Shown here: piece after piece, positions 1 through 10,687 of the stretch
Numbering within the stretch: position 1 is the first letter of the stretch
How the letters are laid out: each line of letters begins with the position of its first letter
Assembly (NCBI GenBank): GCA_041487875.1
Contig: JBGPOE010000009.1
Span: 3,836 to 67,835, forward strand
Source: Gemmatimonadota bacterium
GTDB taxonomy: Bacteria; Gemmatimonadota; Gemmatimonadetes; Gemmatimonadales; GWC2-71-9
Direction: 5' to 3'
Length of the DNA: 64,000 nucleotides
The notes under the pieces: generated by a model
What the model was told of the DNA's origin: nothing
The model's database searches: none
The model's input: only the letters and a program-made list of their open reading frames with translations
Made by a program: the position numbers and the translations under genes

Positions 1-827
1 CGGCCGTGGTAGTCGCCGATGTAGTCGCGCGTCGCCTGATGGCAGAGGATCAGCGCGTCGGGGCAGGAGCCGTGCAACAGGCCCAGCGTCACCCCCGAGT
101 AACCGGGGTGGATGAGGCTGCCCTGCCCCTCCACCAGCACGATGTCCGCATTCTTGGCGCCCTGGAGGACCAGTGTCTCGGCGGCGCCTGCGATGAAGTC
201 GGCCACTACCGCGTCGACCGCGATGCCCCATCCCTCGATGAAGATGCCGGTCTGCCCGGTCGCCACGAAGCTGGTGCGATGGCCGCGCCGCACCAGCGCG
301 TCGCGCAGCTCGAGCTGAGCCGTCATCTTGCCGACGTTGCAGTCGGACCCGACGGTGAGGATCACGCATGCGTCCACTTCGGCCGCGCGGCCGTCGGCGA
401 TCGGCAGATCGGCCGGCGGTTTGCGGGCGTCGAGAATGCGTACGCCCTTGACGCGCGCCAGCGGACCCAGCTCGGGGTCGTCCGCGATGAACGTGTGCAG
501 GCCGCTCCAGATTTCGAGGCCGCGCTCGATGGCCGCGCGCAGCCATGATTTCCACTCCGGCGGCAGCTGCCCACCCGCGGGCGCGATGCCGATCAAGACC
601 GCGGTGGCGTCCAGCGCCAGGCCGCGCGCGAAGTCGCCGATCACGGGGATCGCGCCGCCGAAGCCAAGCACGTCCTGCACCGTCTTGCCCGCATGGACGC
701 GATCGATCACCCCGACGATGCGCTCGGGGAAATAGCGGATGCAGGAGTTGGCGGTCTTGGAAGTGAGCGGACCGAACTGGCCGTCCGCGACGATCAGAAA
801 CTTATGGGTGGCGGCGTGGGTGGTCAT
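1..827 (-). CDS. DUF1611-family protein (DgcN-like); 3' end lies outside the window
   Basis: Not in the ORF track because it runs off the edge. My minus-strand translation from ATG at 827 gives MTTHAATHKFLIVADGQFGPLTSKTANSCIRYFPERIVGVID, and later GAKNADIVLVEGQGSLIHPGYSGVTLGLLHGSCP, a pattern I associate with DUF1611. ATGA overlap with the upstream stop at 824-827. Confidence 0.6.
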   Translation of the reverse strand, partial: MTTHAATHKFLIVADGQFGPLTSKTANSCIRYFPERIVGVIDRVHAGKTVQDVLGFGGAIPVIGDFARGLALDATAVLIGIAPAGGQLPPEWKSWLRAAIERGLEIWSGLHTFIADDPELGPLARVKGVRILDARKPPADLPIADGRAAEVDACVILTVGSDCNVGKMTAQLELRDALVRRGHRTSFVATGQTGIFIEGWGIAVDAVVADFIAGAAETLVLQGAKNADIVLVEGQGSLIHPGYSGVTLGLLHGSCPDALILCHQATRDYIGDYHG

Positions 828-1924
828 CCGTCCGGCATCTTGGTCTTGGGAACCCGGAACTGTCCGCTCTCGCGCAACACGGCCGGTTCCAGGGTGGTGG
901 CGTCCCCGTAAATCTCACCTTGCAGGACGTGCCGCACCACCACGATCGTCACCGCGAGGATCGGCACCGCCACCACGAGACCGATCACGCCGAGCAAGGT
1001 GCCCATCACCAAGACGCTCGCGATGGTCAACACCGGGGGCAGCGCCACGCGGCGTTGCATGATGAGCGGCGCGACGAGATTTGCTTCGGCCACGTGCACC
1101 ACGACCCCGAGCATCAACACTTCCACCACATGTACCCAATCTCCCGACCCCACGGCGAACAGCGCCGGCAAGGCGGTGGAGACCAGCGACCCGAAGAACG
1201 GCACGATGGCGACAAGCCCCGTGAAGATCCCAAAGGCGAGCCAGTACGGGACGTCGAGGATCCACAGGCCGAGCGCCGTGAGCGCCCCGAGGACCACCAT
1301 GGCGATGAGCTGCCCGCCGACCCAGGCGCGCAAGGTGGCGCCGGCATCGTCGATGATACGCTCAGTGACGGGACGGTAGCGTGGCGCGATCAGGCCCACG
1401 ATGCCGCCGCGATATACGGCGGGGTGGCGCGCCAGGTACAGGGCCATCACCACCACGCTCGCCGCCTCGATCAGCAGCTTGCCGCCGGCCCGGAGGTACG
1501 GCAGGAACGAGCCGCGCACGAAGTCGGTGGCGTCGTTGATCAGTCCCGCCACGAGTCCCGACTGCGGGTTCGCCAGCTCGCTGCGCCGCAACACGGGATA
1601 TTCACTCGCCCAGCGGGCGAGCACGTTTTGGATGTCGGTGAGGGTCTGCGGCAGGCCGGTCAGGAGGGCCTGCGTCTGATCGAACACCGGCGGCAGGATC
1701 AGCGCGCCGATGCCGCCGAGCAGGGCGAGCGTGCCGAGGACGGCGATCGCGAGACCGGCCCAGCGCGGGATGCGGAACCGCCGCTCCAACAGGTCGGTGA
1801 TGGCGGAGACATAGACGGCGCCGAGCGCCGCCACGAAGACGAGCAGCAGCACGTCCACCACGCGGACGGCGAACCACACGACCAGGATGGCAATGAAGAG
1901 CGCCACGAACGTGGCGCTCGACAA
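824..1924 (-). CDS. AI-2E family transporter (PerM/YhhT-like permease)
   Basis: 366-aa ORF with multiple hydrophobic helices and the typical AI-2E C-terminal half (FGIFTGLVAIVPFFGSLVSTALPALFAV). GC3-rich codons. Confidence 0.75.
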   Translation of the reverse strand: MSSATFVALFIAILVVWFAVRVVDVLLLVFVAALGAVYVSAITDLLERRFRIPRWAGLAIAVLGTLALLGGIGALILPPVFDQTQALLTGLPQTLTDIQNVLARWASEYPVLRRSELANPQSGLVAGLINDATDFVRGSFLPYLRAGGKLLIEAASVVVMALYLARHPAVYRGGIVGLIAPRYRPVTERIIDDAGATLRAWVGGQLIAMVVLGALTALGLWILDVPYWLAFGIFTGLVAIVPFFGSLVSTALPALFAVGSGDWVHVVEVLMLGVVVHVAEANLVAPLIMQRRVALPPVLTIASVLVMGTLLGVIGLVVAVPILAVTIVVVRHVLQGEIYGDATTLEPAVLRESGQFRVPKTKMPDG

Positions 1925-1947
1925 CCGTGTCGTCTGGGGTTCAGCGT

Positions 1948-2712
1948 TCAGCGGGCGTGTCCGGCGTCGTCGTCCTCGACCAGCTCGGCGTCGGCGGCAC
2001 CCTTGCCCAGCTGCTTGGTGTCGGCGGGGGCGCCCGGCGCGAGCAGACCCATCTTGCGTTTCAGGTCGAGCAGCTGCTGGTCGGCGTCGGCGCGCGTCTC
2101 GAGCGTGGCGAACTGCTTCACGAGCGAGTCGCCCGACAAATCCTCGTTCAGCTCCGCCGACGCGAGCAGCTTGCGCTCCTCGTGCTCGATCTGCTCCGCC
2201 ATCCGGTCGAACGTCTCGAACGCGCTCTTGTCGGAGATCGAGGACATCGTCTCCTGAATATGCTTGTGGGCCTCGGCCCGCTTCTGGCGCGCGATCAGGA
2301 TGTTCTTCTTGCGCTTCGCCTCTTCGATCCGGTCATTCAGCTGCCGCAAGGACAGCTTGAGCTTGTCGGTCTCCTCGCGGTGTTTGATCCACGTCTCGTG
2401 CAGCTGCACGTAGTTCTGGCCGTGCTCGTTGTGCCGCAACAGCGCCTGCTTGGCGAGATCGTCGCGACCCTCCTGGACCGCAAGCACCGCGCGCTTCTCC
2501 CAGTCCTCGGCGAACTTCTTCTCCTGCTCGGCCTGCGCGGACAGGCGTTTCTCATCCGCGATCGCGGACGCCACTTGCTGCTTGGCCTTGGCCAGCTGGC
2601 TGCGCATGTCGACGATCAGCTGGTTCAACATCTTCTCGGGATTCTCGGCACGCGAAATCAGGTCGTTGATGTTCGACCGGATTAACGTCGAGAGACGGTC
2701 AAAAATCCCCAT
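1948..2712 (-). CDS. pspA: PspA/IM30 family membrane-stress protein
   Basis: 254 aa, MGIFDRLSTLIRSNINDLISRAENPEKMLNQLIVDM. Long heptad coiled coil typical of PspA/Vipp1. GAGGA SD-like run 6 nt upstream of the ATG. Confidence 0.9.
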   Translation of the reverse strand: MGIFDRLSTLIRSNINDLISRAENPEKMLNQLIVDMRSQLAKAKQQVASAIADEKRLSAQAEQEKKFAEDWEKRAVLAVQEGRDDLAKQALLRHNEHGQNYVQLHETWIKHREETDKLKLSLRQLNDRIEEAKRKKNILIARQKRAEAHKHIQETMSSISDKSAFETFDRMAEQIEHEERKLLASAELNEDLSGDSLVKQFATLETRADADQQLLDLKRKMGLLAPGAPADTKQLGKGAADAELVEDDDAGHAR

Positions 2713-2739
2713 GGCGATCCTCGCTGTGGTGGCGGGCGA

Positions 2740-3081
2740 TCACTGCCCCGCGCCCAACTGCTGCTGCCGGTGCTGCGAAAGCAGCCGCTCGGCGAAATCC
2801 AGACGCTCGGCAAGCTCGGCAACATCGCCGCGCAGCTGCGTCAACTCCTGCTCCATTCCCGCCACCCGGCGATCCGTTCCCGGGTCCGTCCCTGTTCCCC
2901 CGAACTTCCGGCGCGTCCGTTCGCGGAACCGCTCGGCCCACGCTTCGCCCAGGGGCGAGCGCAGCGCGAACCTCAGCCCGAGGACGATACCGATCGCCGC
3001 GACGATCTGCGCGAGCAGATCGAAGACCCTCGCCGCGAGGAAGTTCATGTCCGGCAGACCGGGAGGCAGCGGCCCTTGCAT
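2740..3081 (-). CDS. Small single-TM coiled-coil protein, ERxDFxERLL-tail family, copy 4
   Basis: 113 aa. Hydrophobic helix LLAQIVAAIGIVLGL and C-terminal LRGDVAELAERLDFAERLLSQ. An alternative ATG exists at 3048. GAGGGGGG run upstream. Confidence 0.7.
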   Translation of the reverse strand: MQGPLPPGLPDMNFLAARVFDLLAQIVAAIGIVLGLRFALRSPLGEAWAERFRERTRRKFGGTGTDPGTDRRVAGMEQELTQLRGDVAELAERLDFAERLLSQHRQQQLGAGQ

Positions 3082-3100
3082 GTGCTGTCTACGCCCCCCT

Positions 3101-3116
3101 CGAAACCCGAGTTTCG
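3101..3116 (-). promoter_or_regulatory. Small perfect hairpin between copies 3 and 4 (6-bp stem, 4-nt loop)
   Basis: Plus strand cgaaac-ccga-gtttcg, located in the 45-nt gap 3082-3126. Confidence 0.3.
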
Positions 3117-3126
3117 GTCGCGATGC

Positions 3127-3384
3127 TCACGGCTTGAGCTGCTCCGCGCCCCGGACTTTGCTCAACAGCCGCTCCGTAAAATCTACTCGCTCGGCCAGTT
3201 CCGCTACCTCACGCCGCAACTCTTCAACGGCCGCGAGCACTTCCTCCTTGTCGCCCATGTCGGGCGTCGCCGCCTGCGCCTGCAGGCGCGCGTTCTGCGC
3301 CTTGGTGATGGTCACCGCGATCATCCAGCCAAAGAACCCCACGATCGCGACCATCGGAATCATCAGCGCGACGACGTCTTCCAT
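3127..3384 (-). CDS. Small single-TM coiled-coil protein, ERxDFxERLL-tail family, copy 3
   Basis: 85 aa. TM LMIPMVAIVGFFGWMIAVTI and tail LRREVAELAERVDFTERLLSK. Confidence 0.75.
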   Translation of the reverse strand: MEDVVALMIPMVAIVGFFGWMIAVTITKAQNARLQAQAATPDMGDKEEVLAAVEELRREVAELAERVDFTERLLSKVRGAEQLKP

Positions 3385-3387
3385 GTG

Positions 3388-3648
3388 TCAGTGCCCCCGG
3401 TCGAGCTTCTCGACTTCGCGCTCTCGCGCGAGCAGGCGCTCGGTGAAATCGACCCGCTCGGCCAGCTCGCCCACTTCGTGACGCAGCTCCTGCAGCTCGG
3501 TGATGATCTGCTCGCGCTCCCCGCCGTCATCGCGCGCCGGACGGTGCTCGCCGCCGATCCGCTTGGCCACCGCCGCGGCGATGGGGCGCAGCACCCAGAA
3601 GGCGCCGCCGAAGACCATGACCGCCACGACCCCTTCCTGAGGACTCAT
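3388..3648 (-). CDS. Small single-TM coiled-coil protein, ERxDFxERLL-tail family, copy 2
   Basis: 86 aa. TM VVAVMVFGGAFWVL and tail LRHEVGELAERVDFTERLLAR. ATGA overlap with copy 1. Confidence 0.75.
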   Translation of the reverse strand: MSPQEGVVAVMVFGGAFWVLRPIAAAVAKRIGGEHRPARDDGGEREQIITELQELRHEVGELAERVDFTERLLAREREVEKLDRGH

Positions 3649-3938
3649 GCGCGCCCGCTTCCACCCTTCGGCAATGCCTGCTCCCGGGTTTGCGCCAACA
3701 AGCGCTCGGCAAAGTCCATCCGCTCACCCAACTCGCCCAGCTCGCGGCGCACGCCGTCCAACTCGCCTTGCAAAGACTCGCGGTGCTCCGCCAAGGCGCC
3801 GCGCACGTCTTCCGCGTCTCCCGCGGCCTGCCCCCGGATGCGCGCCGCCACGGCGCGGCCGATGGGAGAGAACGCGATTCCCACGGAGGCGGCGCCGCCG
3901 AAGAGAAAGATGATCGCGAGAATGCCTTCGATGTCCAT
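3645..3938 (-). CDS. Small single-TM coiled-coil protein, ERxDFxERLL-tail family, copy 1
   Basis: 97 aa. TM ILAIIFLFGGAASVGIAF and tail VRRELGELGERMDFAERLLAQ. GGAGGGG SD-like run just upstream of the ATG. Confidence 0.75.
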   Translation of the reverse strand: MDIEGILAIIFLFGGAASVGIAFSPIGRAVAARIRGQAAGDAEDVRGALAEHRESLQGELDGVRRELGELGERMDFAERLLAQTREQALPKGGSGRA

Positions 3939-3964
3939 GCCCCTCCAGAGTCCAACCTGCTGTG

Positions 3965-6814
<2,850 letters not shown>

Positions 6815-6887
6815 AGCAGTGGAGCGTACCAAGTATCGGGGACCGCGGTCAACGGTGTCCCTTCGGGCGTCGCGCGGCGTGCTTGCC

Positions 6888-6916
6888 TTGCCTAAGCTTC
6901 GGTCGCACCATAGCTT
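6888..6916 (+). promoter_or_regulatory. Candidate sigma70-type promoter for the cutA operon (TTGCCT-N17-TAGCTT)
   Basis: Hexamers at 6888-6893 and 6911-6916, with the ATG at 6927. This geometry implies a near-leaderless mRNA. Confidence 0.3.
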
Positions 6917-6926
6917 AGCCCTTCTC

Positions 6927-7250
6927 ATGCTCAACGAGCCCCTGGTGGTCCTCACCACGCTCGCCTCGGCCGACGAGGCGCGGGCGTTCGTGCGCGCGCT
7001 GGTGGACGCGCGGCTCGTGGCATGCGGCACGTTGCTCCCCGGCGCGACGTCGATTTACCGCTGGGAGGGCGCTGTGACCGAGGAGCCCGAGGTCGTCGTG
7101 CTGCTGAAGACCGATGCGTCGCAGTGGGACGCGCTGGCGGCGGCCGTGCAGGAGCACCATCCCTACGAGGTGCCCGAGCTGCTCGCGGTGCCGGTGGCTC
7201 GCGGGTTGGAGGCCTACCTAGCCTGGCTCGCCGCGGAGGTGGCCGCGTGA
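6927..7250 (+). CDS. cutA: Divalent-cation tolerance protein CutA
   Basis: 107 aa from the internal [59 protein letters not shown]. This is the CutA1 fold signature. Confidence 0.85.
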   Translation: MLNEPLVVLTTLASADEARAFVRALVDARLVACGTLLPGATSIYRWEGAVTEEPEVVVLLKTDASQWDALAAAVQEHHPYEVPELLAVPVARGLEAYLAWLAAEVAA

Positions 7251-7879
7251 TTCGCAAGCGCGACGCGCGCTGGGCGTCGGCCACGGAGCGGGCGCGGGTG
7301 GCGGCACAGCTGCTGGAGGAGGCGCAGGCGCTCTCCGACACGGGCGTGATCGCGTCGCCCGCCGAATTGCGGCGCGATCGGTTGCCCGCCCCGCTGCACG
7401 CACCCGCGCTCGAGCCGGCAGCGCCACCTGCGGACGTCGCGCCGCCGCAGGGTCCGCCGGCCGCACCCGCGGCGGCGGCGCCCGCCGCGCGGCTCAGAAC
7501 CAGCGACATGGTCGAGGCCTTGAACGCCTCGCGACGCGAGCTGGAGCTGCGCCTGCGGTCCGCACCCGACGACGCCGCGGCGTCGCTCGAGTTGGGCGTG
7601 CTGTTGTGCCGCAAGGGCCTGTGGAGCGCAGCGGCGGGTCACTTGCGGCGCGCCGCCGAGCTCGCCCCGGGCGAGGCCGCCGCGTGGTGCCGGTTGGGCG
7701 AGACCTTGAACAAAATGGACGACCTCGACGGGGCGCGCGCGGCATACGAGCGCGTCGTGGCGCTCGACGCGGGGCACGCGCGCGCCCTGTACGGCCTGGG
7801 CGTGGTTTTCGACCGGCTCAGCCGGCCGGCCGACGCGACCGCGATGTACCGGCGCTCCCGGGAGGCGGCTGGCCGGTGA
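7247..7879 (+). CDS. TPR-repeat protein with Pro/Ala-rich linker
   Basis: GTG start in a GTGA overlap with the cutA stop. The C-terminal half holds about 3 TPR-like units ([30 protein letters not shown].., [18 protein letters not shown]). Confidence 0.65.
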   Translation: MIRKRDARWASATERARVAAQLLEEAQALSDTGVIASPAELRRDRLPAPLHAPALEPAAPPADVAPPQGPPAAPAAAAPAARLRTSDMVEALNASRRELELRLRSAPDDAAASLELGVLLCRKGLWSAAAGHLRRAAELAPGEAAAWCRLGETLNKMDDLDGARAAYERVVALDAGHARALYGLGVVFDRLSRPADATAMYRRSREAAGR

Positions 7880-8391
7880 TTCACGTGGTGGTGGACGATC
7901 TGGCGTTCCATGCTTCCGATGCCATCGTCCGCCCGGCCACGGCACGGCTCGACGCCACGACGCCCGTCGTGCGCCGGCTGGAGCAAATCGGCGGTCCGGA
8001 GTTCCAGCGGCGGCTGCGCGTCCAGCGCGACCTCGCGGTTGGCGCAGCGGTGGTGACCGGCGCCGGTGGCGACCTCGGCGCCGAATTCATCATCCACGCC
8101 GTCATCCAGAGCGACACGGAGCCCGCCACCGCCATGAGTGTCCGGCGGGCGTGGCAGTCGGCGCTCGAGCGCGCCACGGATTGGAGTTTCGCCCGTCTCA
8201 GCACCCCGCCTCTCGGCATCGGCGCCGGCAATCTGTCCCTCGAAGACGCCTCCGACATCATGATGTCCGTCTTGCGGGCGCACTTGCTGCTCGCCGCCTA
8301 TCCGGCCGAGATCGTCGTGGTGGTAGAGACACCCGCCGAGCGTGAGGTGTTCGAGGCGGCGCTGCGCCGTTCGGTGGTCGCCGACTCGTGA
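7876..8391 (+). CDS. Macro-domain (ADP-ribose binding/hydrolase-like) protein
   Basis: 171 aa from GTG in a GTGA overlap. [59 protein letters not shown] matches the macro-domain layout. Confidence 0.75.
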   Translation: MIHVVVDDLAFHASDAIVRPATARLDATTPVVRRLEQIGGPEFQRRLRVQRDLAVGAAVVTGAGGDLGAEFIIHAVIQSDTEPATAMSVRRAWQSALERATDWSFARLSTPPLGIGAGNLSLEDASDIMMSVLRAHLLLAAYPAEIVVVVETPAEREVFEAALRRSVVADS

Positions 8392-9926
8392 CGCGGCGCC
8401 GCTGGGCCGTCGCCATCTTCGCCGCCTGGGCCATTGCGCTCGGCTGGCTCGTCAAGCGCGAGTATTTCCGTTCGACCGGCGCCAAGCTGGCGGAGGCGGC
8501 CCTCGCCGTGCCGCCCGGCGCCGTGTTCTTCCGTCTCGCCGTGGCGGGCCAGCAGGTGGGCTACGCCGGAACGACGATCGACACGACGCGCGACACGATC
8601 CGCGTCACCGACGTGTGGGTGCTGGACGTGCCGGCGCTGGGCGTCATGTACCGCACGGACGCCCGCAGCGTGGCTAACGTATCGCGCGCGCTGCGGATGC
8701 AGACGGTGGACGCCACCTACGATGGCGAGGCCGGGCGGTGGCGGGCCGCGGCCCGCATGATGGGGGACAGCGTCATGCGGCTCACGCTGGTGGCGGGCGG
8801 CGACTCCGAGACCACGATGTTGCGGATGGCGCGCGCCCCAGTCCTGCCCGACCTGTTGCCGCTGCGCGTGGCCTTCGGCGGGGAGCTGCAGGCCGGCCAT
8901 ACGGTGCGCGTGGAGGTATTCGATCCGCTGCTCTTGGCCGAGCGTAACGTGATGGTCACGGTCGCGGCGGAGTCCACCCTCGTCGTGGCCGACAGCGCCG
9001 ACTACGACTCGACGGCGATGGCGTGGGTGCCGGTCCACTTCGACACGCTGCAGGCGTTCCGGCTGGATCAGCGGTCGGGTGGCATCGCCTCGAGCGCCTG
9101 GATCGACGCCCAAGGACACGTGGTGCGGTCCTGGACGCCGGGGGGCTTCACGCTCGAGCGCACGGCGTTCGAGATCGCCTACGAGAATTTCCGCCACCGC
9201 GACACGCTGCGCCTGGCGCGGGCGAGCGCGGCGCCCGGCCCGGGCGACGTGATCCCCCTGACCCTGCTCGCCGCCGGCGCCGCGGCCGACGCGGGACCCG
9301 GCCGTGACTCGCTGCGAGTCCGCCTCACGGGCGTGGACATCGCGGGGCTCGAGCTCGCGGGTGGCGGCCAGCGACTCGCGGGCGACACGCTGATCGTGCG
9401 CCGGGCGGCGGGGGCGGCGCTCGTCGCCGCCTACCAGCGGCCGGCGCGCGATACGATGCTCCTGCCCTTCCTCCAGGTCGAGCCCCTGATCCAGCGCGGC
9501 GATGTCCGCATCCGGACGCTGGCGCGCCAGATTGCCGGTGACGCACGCGATCCGGCGGCGGTGGCGCAGCGGTTGGCGCGCTGGGTGACGCAGAACATCA
9601 AGCCCGCGCGCGCGGCCGGACTCGCGAGCGCCCTCAACGTGCTCGCGGCACGCCGCGGCGACTGCAACGAGCGCACGGTGTTGTACGTGGCGCTGGCCCG
9701 CGCCGCGGGGATCCCGGCCCGCCCGGTGGCGGGTCTCATCGCGGCGCGCGGGCGCTTCTACTACCACGCCTGGCCCGAGGTCTACCTGGGGGACTGGGTG
9801 CCCGTAGACCCGACGCTCGACCAGTTCCCGGCCGACGCGGCGCATCTGCGGTTCGCGGTGGGCGGGTTCGCGCGCCAGCTCGAGCTGGTGCGGCTCGTCG
9901 GGAAGCTCAGACTCGAGGTCCTATGA
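8388..9926 (+). CDS. Membrane-anchored transglutaminase-like (Cys-His-Asp) protein
   Basis: N-terminal TM WAVAIFAAWAIALGWLV. C-terminal core RRGDCNERTVLYVALARAAGIPARPV..YYHAWPEVYLGDWVPVDPT. GTGA overlap upstream and ATGA overlap downstream. Confidence 0.8.
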   Translation: MTRRRWAVAIFAAWAIALGWLVKREYFRSTGAKLAEAALAVPPGAVFFRLAVAGQQVGYAGTTIDTTRDTIRVTDVWVLDVPALGVMYRTDARSVANVSRALRMQTVDATYDGEAGRWRAAARMMGDSVMRLTLVAGGDSETTMLRMARAPVLPDLLPLRVAFGGELQAGHTVRVEVFDPLLLAERNVMVTVAAESTLVVADSADYDSTAMAWVPVHFDTLQAFRLDQRSGGIASSAWIDAQGHVVRSWTPGGFTLERTAFEIAYENFRHRDTLRLARASAAPGPGDVIPLTLLAAGAAADAGPGRDSLRVRLTGVDIAGLELAGGGQRLAGDTLIVRRAAGAALVAAYQRPARDTMLLPFLQVEPLIQRGDVRIRTLARQIAGDARDPAAVAQRLARWVTQNIKPARAAGLASALNVLAARRGDCNERTVLYVALARAAGIPARPVAGLIAARGRFYYHAWPEVYLGDWVPVDPTLDQFPADAAHLRFAVGGFARQLELVRLVGKLRLEVL

Positions 9927-10687
9927 TCCGGCTGGAGAACCTGACCAAGCTGTACGGCAGCTTCGTGGCGGTGGACGACATCACGCTGCAGGTCCCCAAG
10001 GGCGTATTGTACGGCTTCCTCGGACCGAACGGCGCGGGCAAGACCACCACGCTGCGCATGATCGCCGGCATCCTGCGGCCGAGCGACGGCCGGGTGCTGG
10101 TCGGCGGCGACGACATCCATCGCAACCCGCTGATCGCGAAGCAGCGGCTCGGCTTCATTCCCGACCGGCCGTTCGTTTACGAAAAGCTCACCGGCGCGGA
10201 ATTCCTGCGCTTCGTGGCGGGCTTGTACGGGCAAGAGGGCGAGATCATCGACCGGCGCATGGCGGAGCTGCTGGAGGTGTTCGAGCTGACCAGCTGGAAG
10301 GACGAGCTGATCGAGGCGTACAGTCACGGCATGCGGCAGAAGATCATCATCTCGAGCGCGCTGATTCACCGGCCGGAAGTGATCGTGGTGGACGAGCCGA
10401 TGGTGGGTCTCGACCCCAAGGCCGCGCGCCTCTTGAAGGACATCTTCCGCCAGTTCGTGAGCCGCGGCAACACGGTGCTGATGAGCACGCACACGCTCGA
10501 AGTGGCCGAGGCGATGTGCGACCGCATCGCCATCATGCAGCACGGCAAGATCGCGGCGAGCGGCACGATGGCCGAGCTGCGCCAGCAGACGGCCTCGGGC
10601 GACGTGGGACTGGAGGAGTTGTTCCTGAAGCTCACGGGCGGCGTGCATGAGCGCGAACTGGCGGCGACGCTGGGAGACCCGCGGTGA
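9923..10687 (+). CDS. ABC transporter ATP-binding protein
   Basis: Walker A GPNGAGKTT, signature YSHGMRQK, Walker B VIVVDEPMVGLD. Confidence 0.9.
   Translation: MIRLENLTKLYGSFVAVDDITLQVPKGVLYGFLGPNGAGKTTTLRMIAGILRPSDGRVLVGGDDIHRNPLIAKQRLGFIPDRPFVYEKLTGAEFLRFVAGLYGQEGEIIDRRMAELLEVFELTSWKDELIEAYSHGMRQKIIISSALIHRPEVIVVDEPMVGLDPKAARLLKDIFRQFVSRGNTVLMSTHTLEVAEAMCDRIAIMQHGKIAASGTMAELRQQTASGDVGLEELFLKLTGGVHERELAATLGDPR

Noticed and set aside
6815-7030. 72-codon N-terminal extension of the uvrA ORF. Comparable extensions exist on the gyrB, glpK, sbcC, M23 peptidase, SDR, PTPS, aminotransferase, ligA and acyl-CoA ligase ORFs.
   Set aside because: Family homology starts at an internal ATG/GTG that often forms a 4-nt overlap with the neighbouring gene. 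The extensions are compositionally junk-like or overlap neighbouring genes.
8298-9845. 515-aa minus-strand ORF, together with similar long ORFs at 920-2257 (+), 12287-13855 (-), 31348-33624 (-), 38423-40723 (-) and 58383-61301 (-).
   Set aside because: All lie antisense or out of frame to genes with clear family motifs. Their translations are Arg/Pro/Gly/His-rich low-complexity strings typical of stop-poor alternative frames in high-GC DNA.
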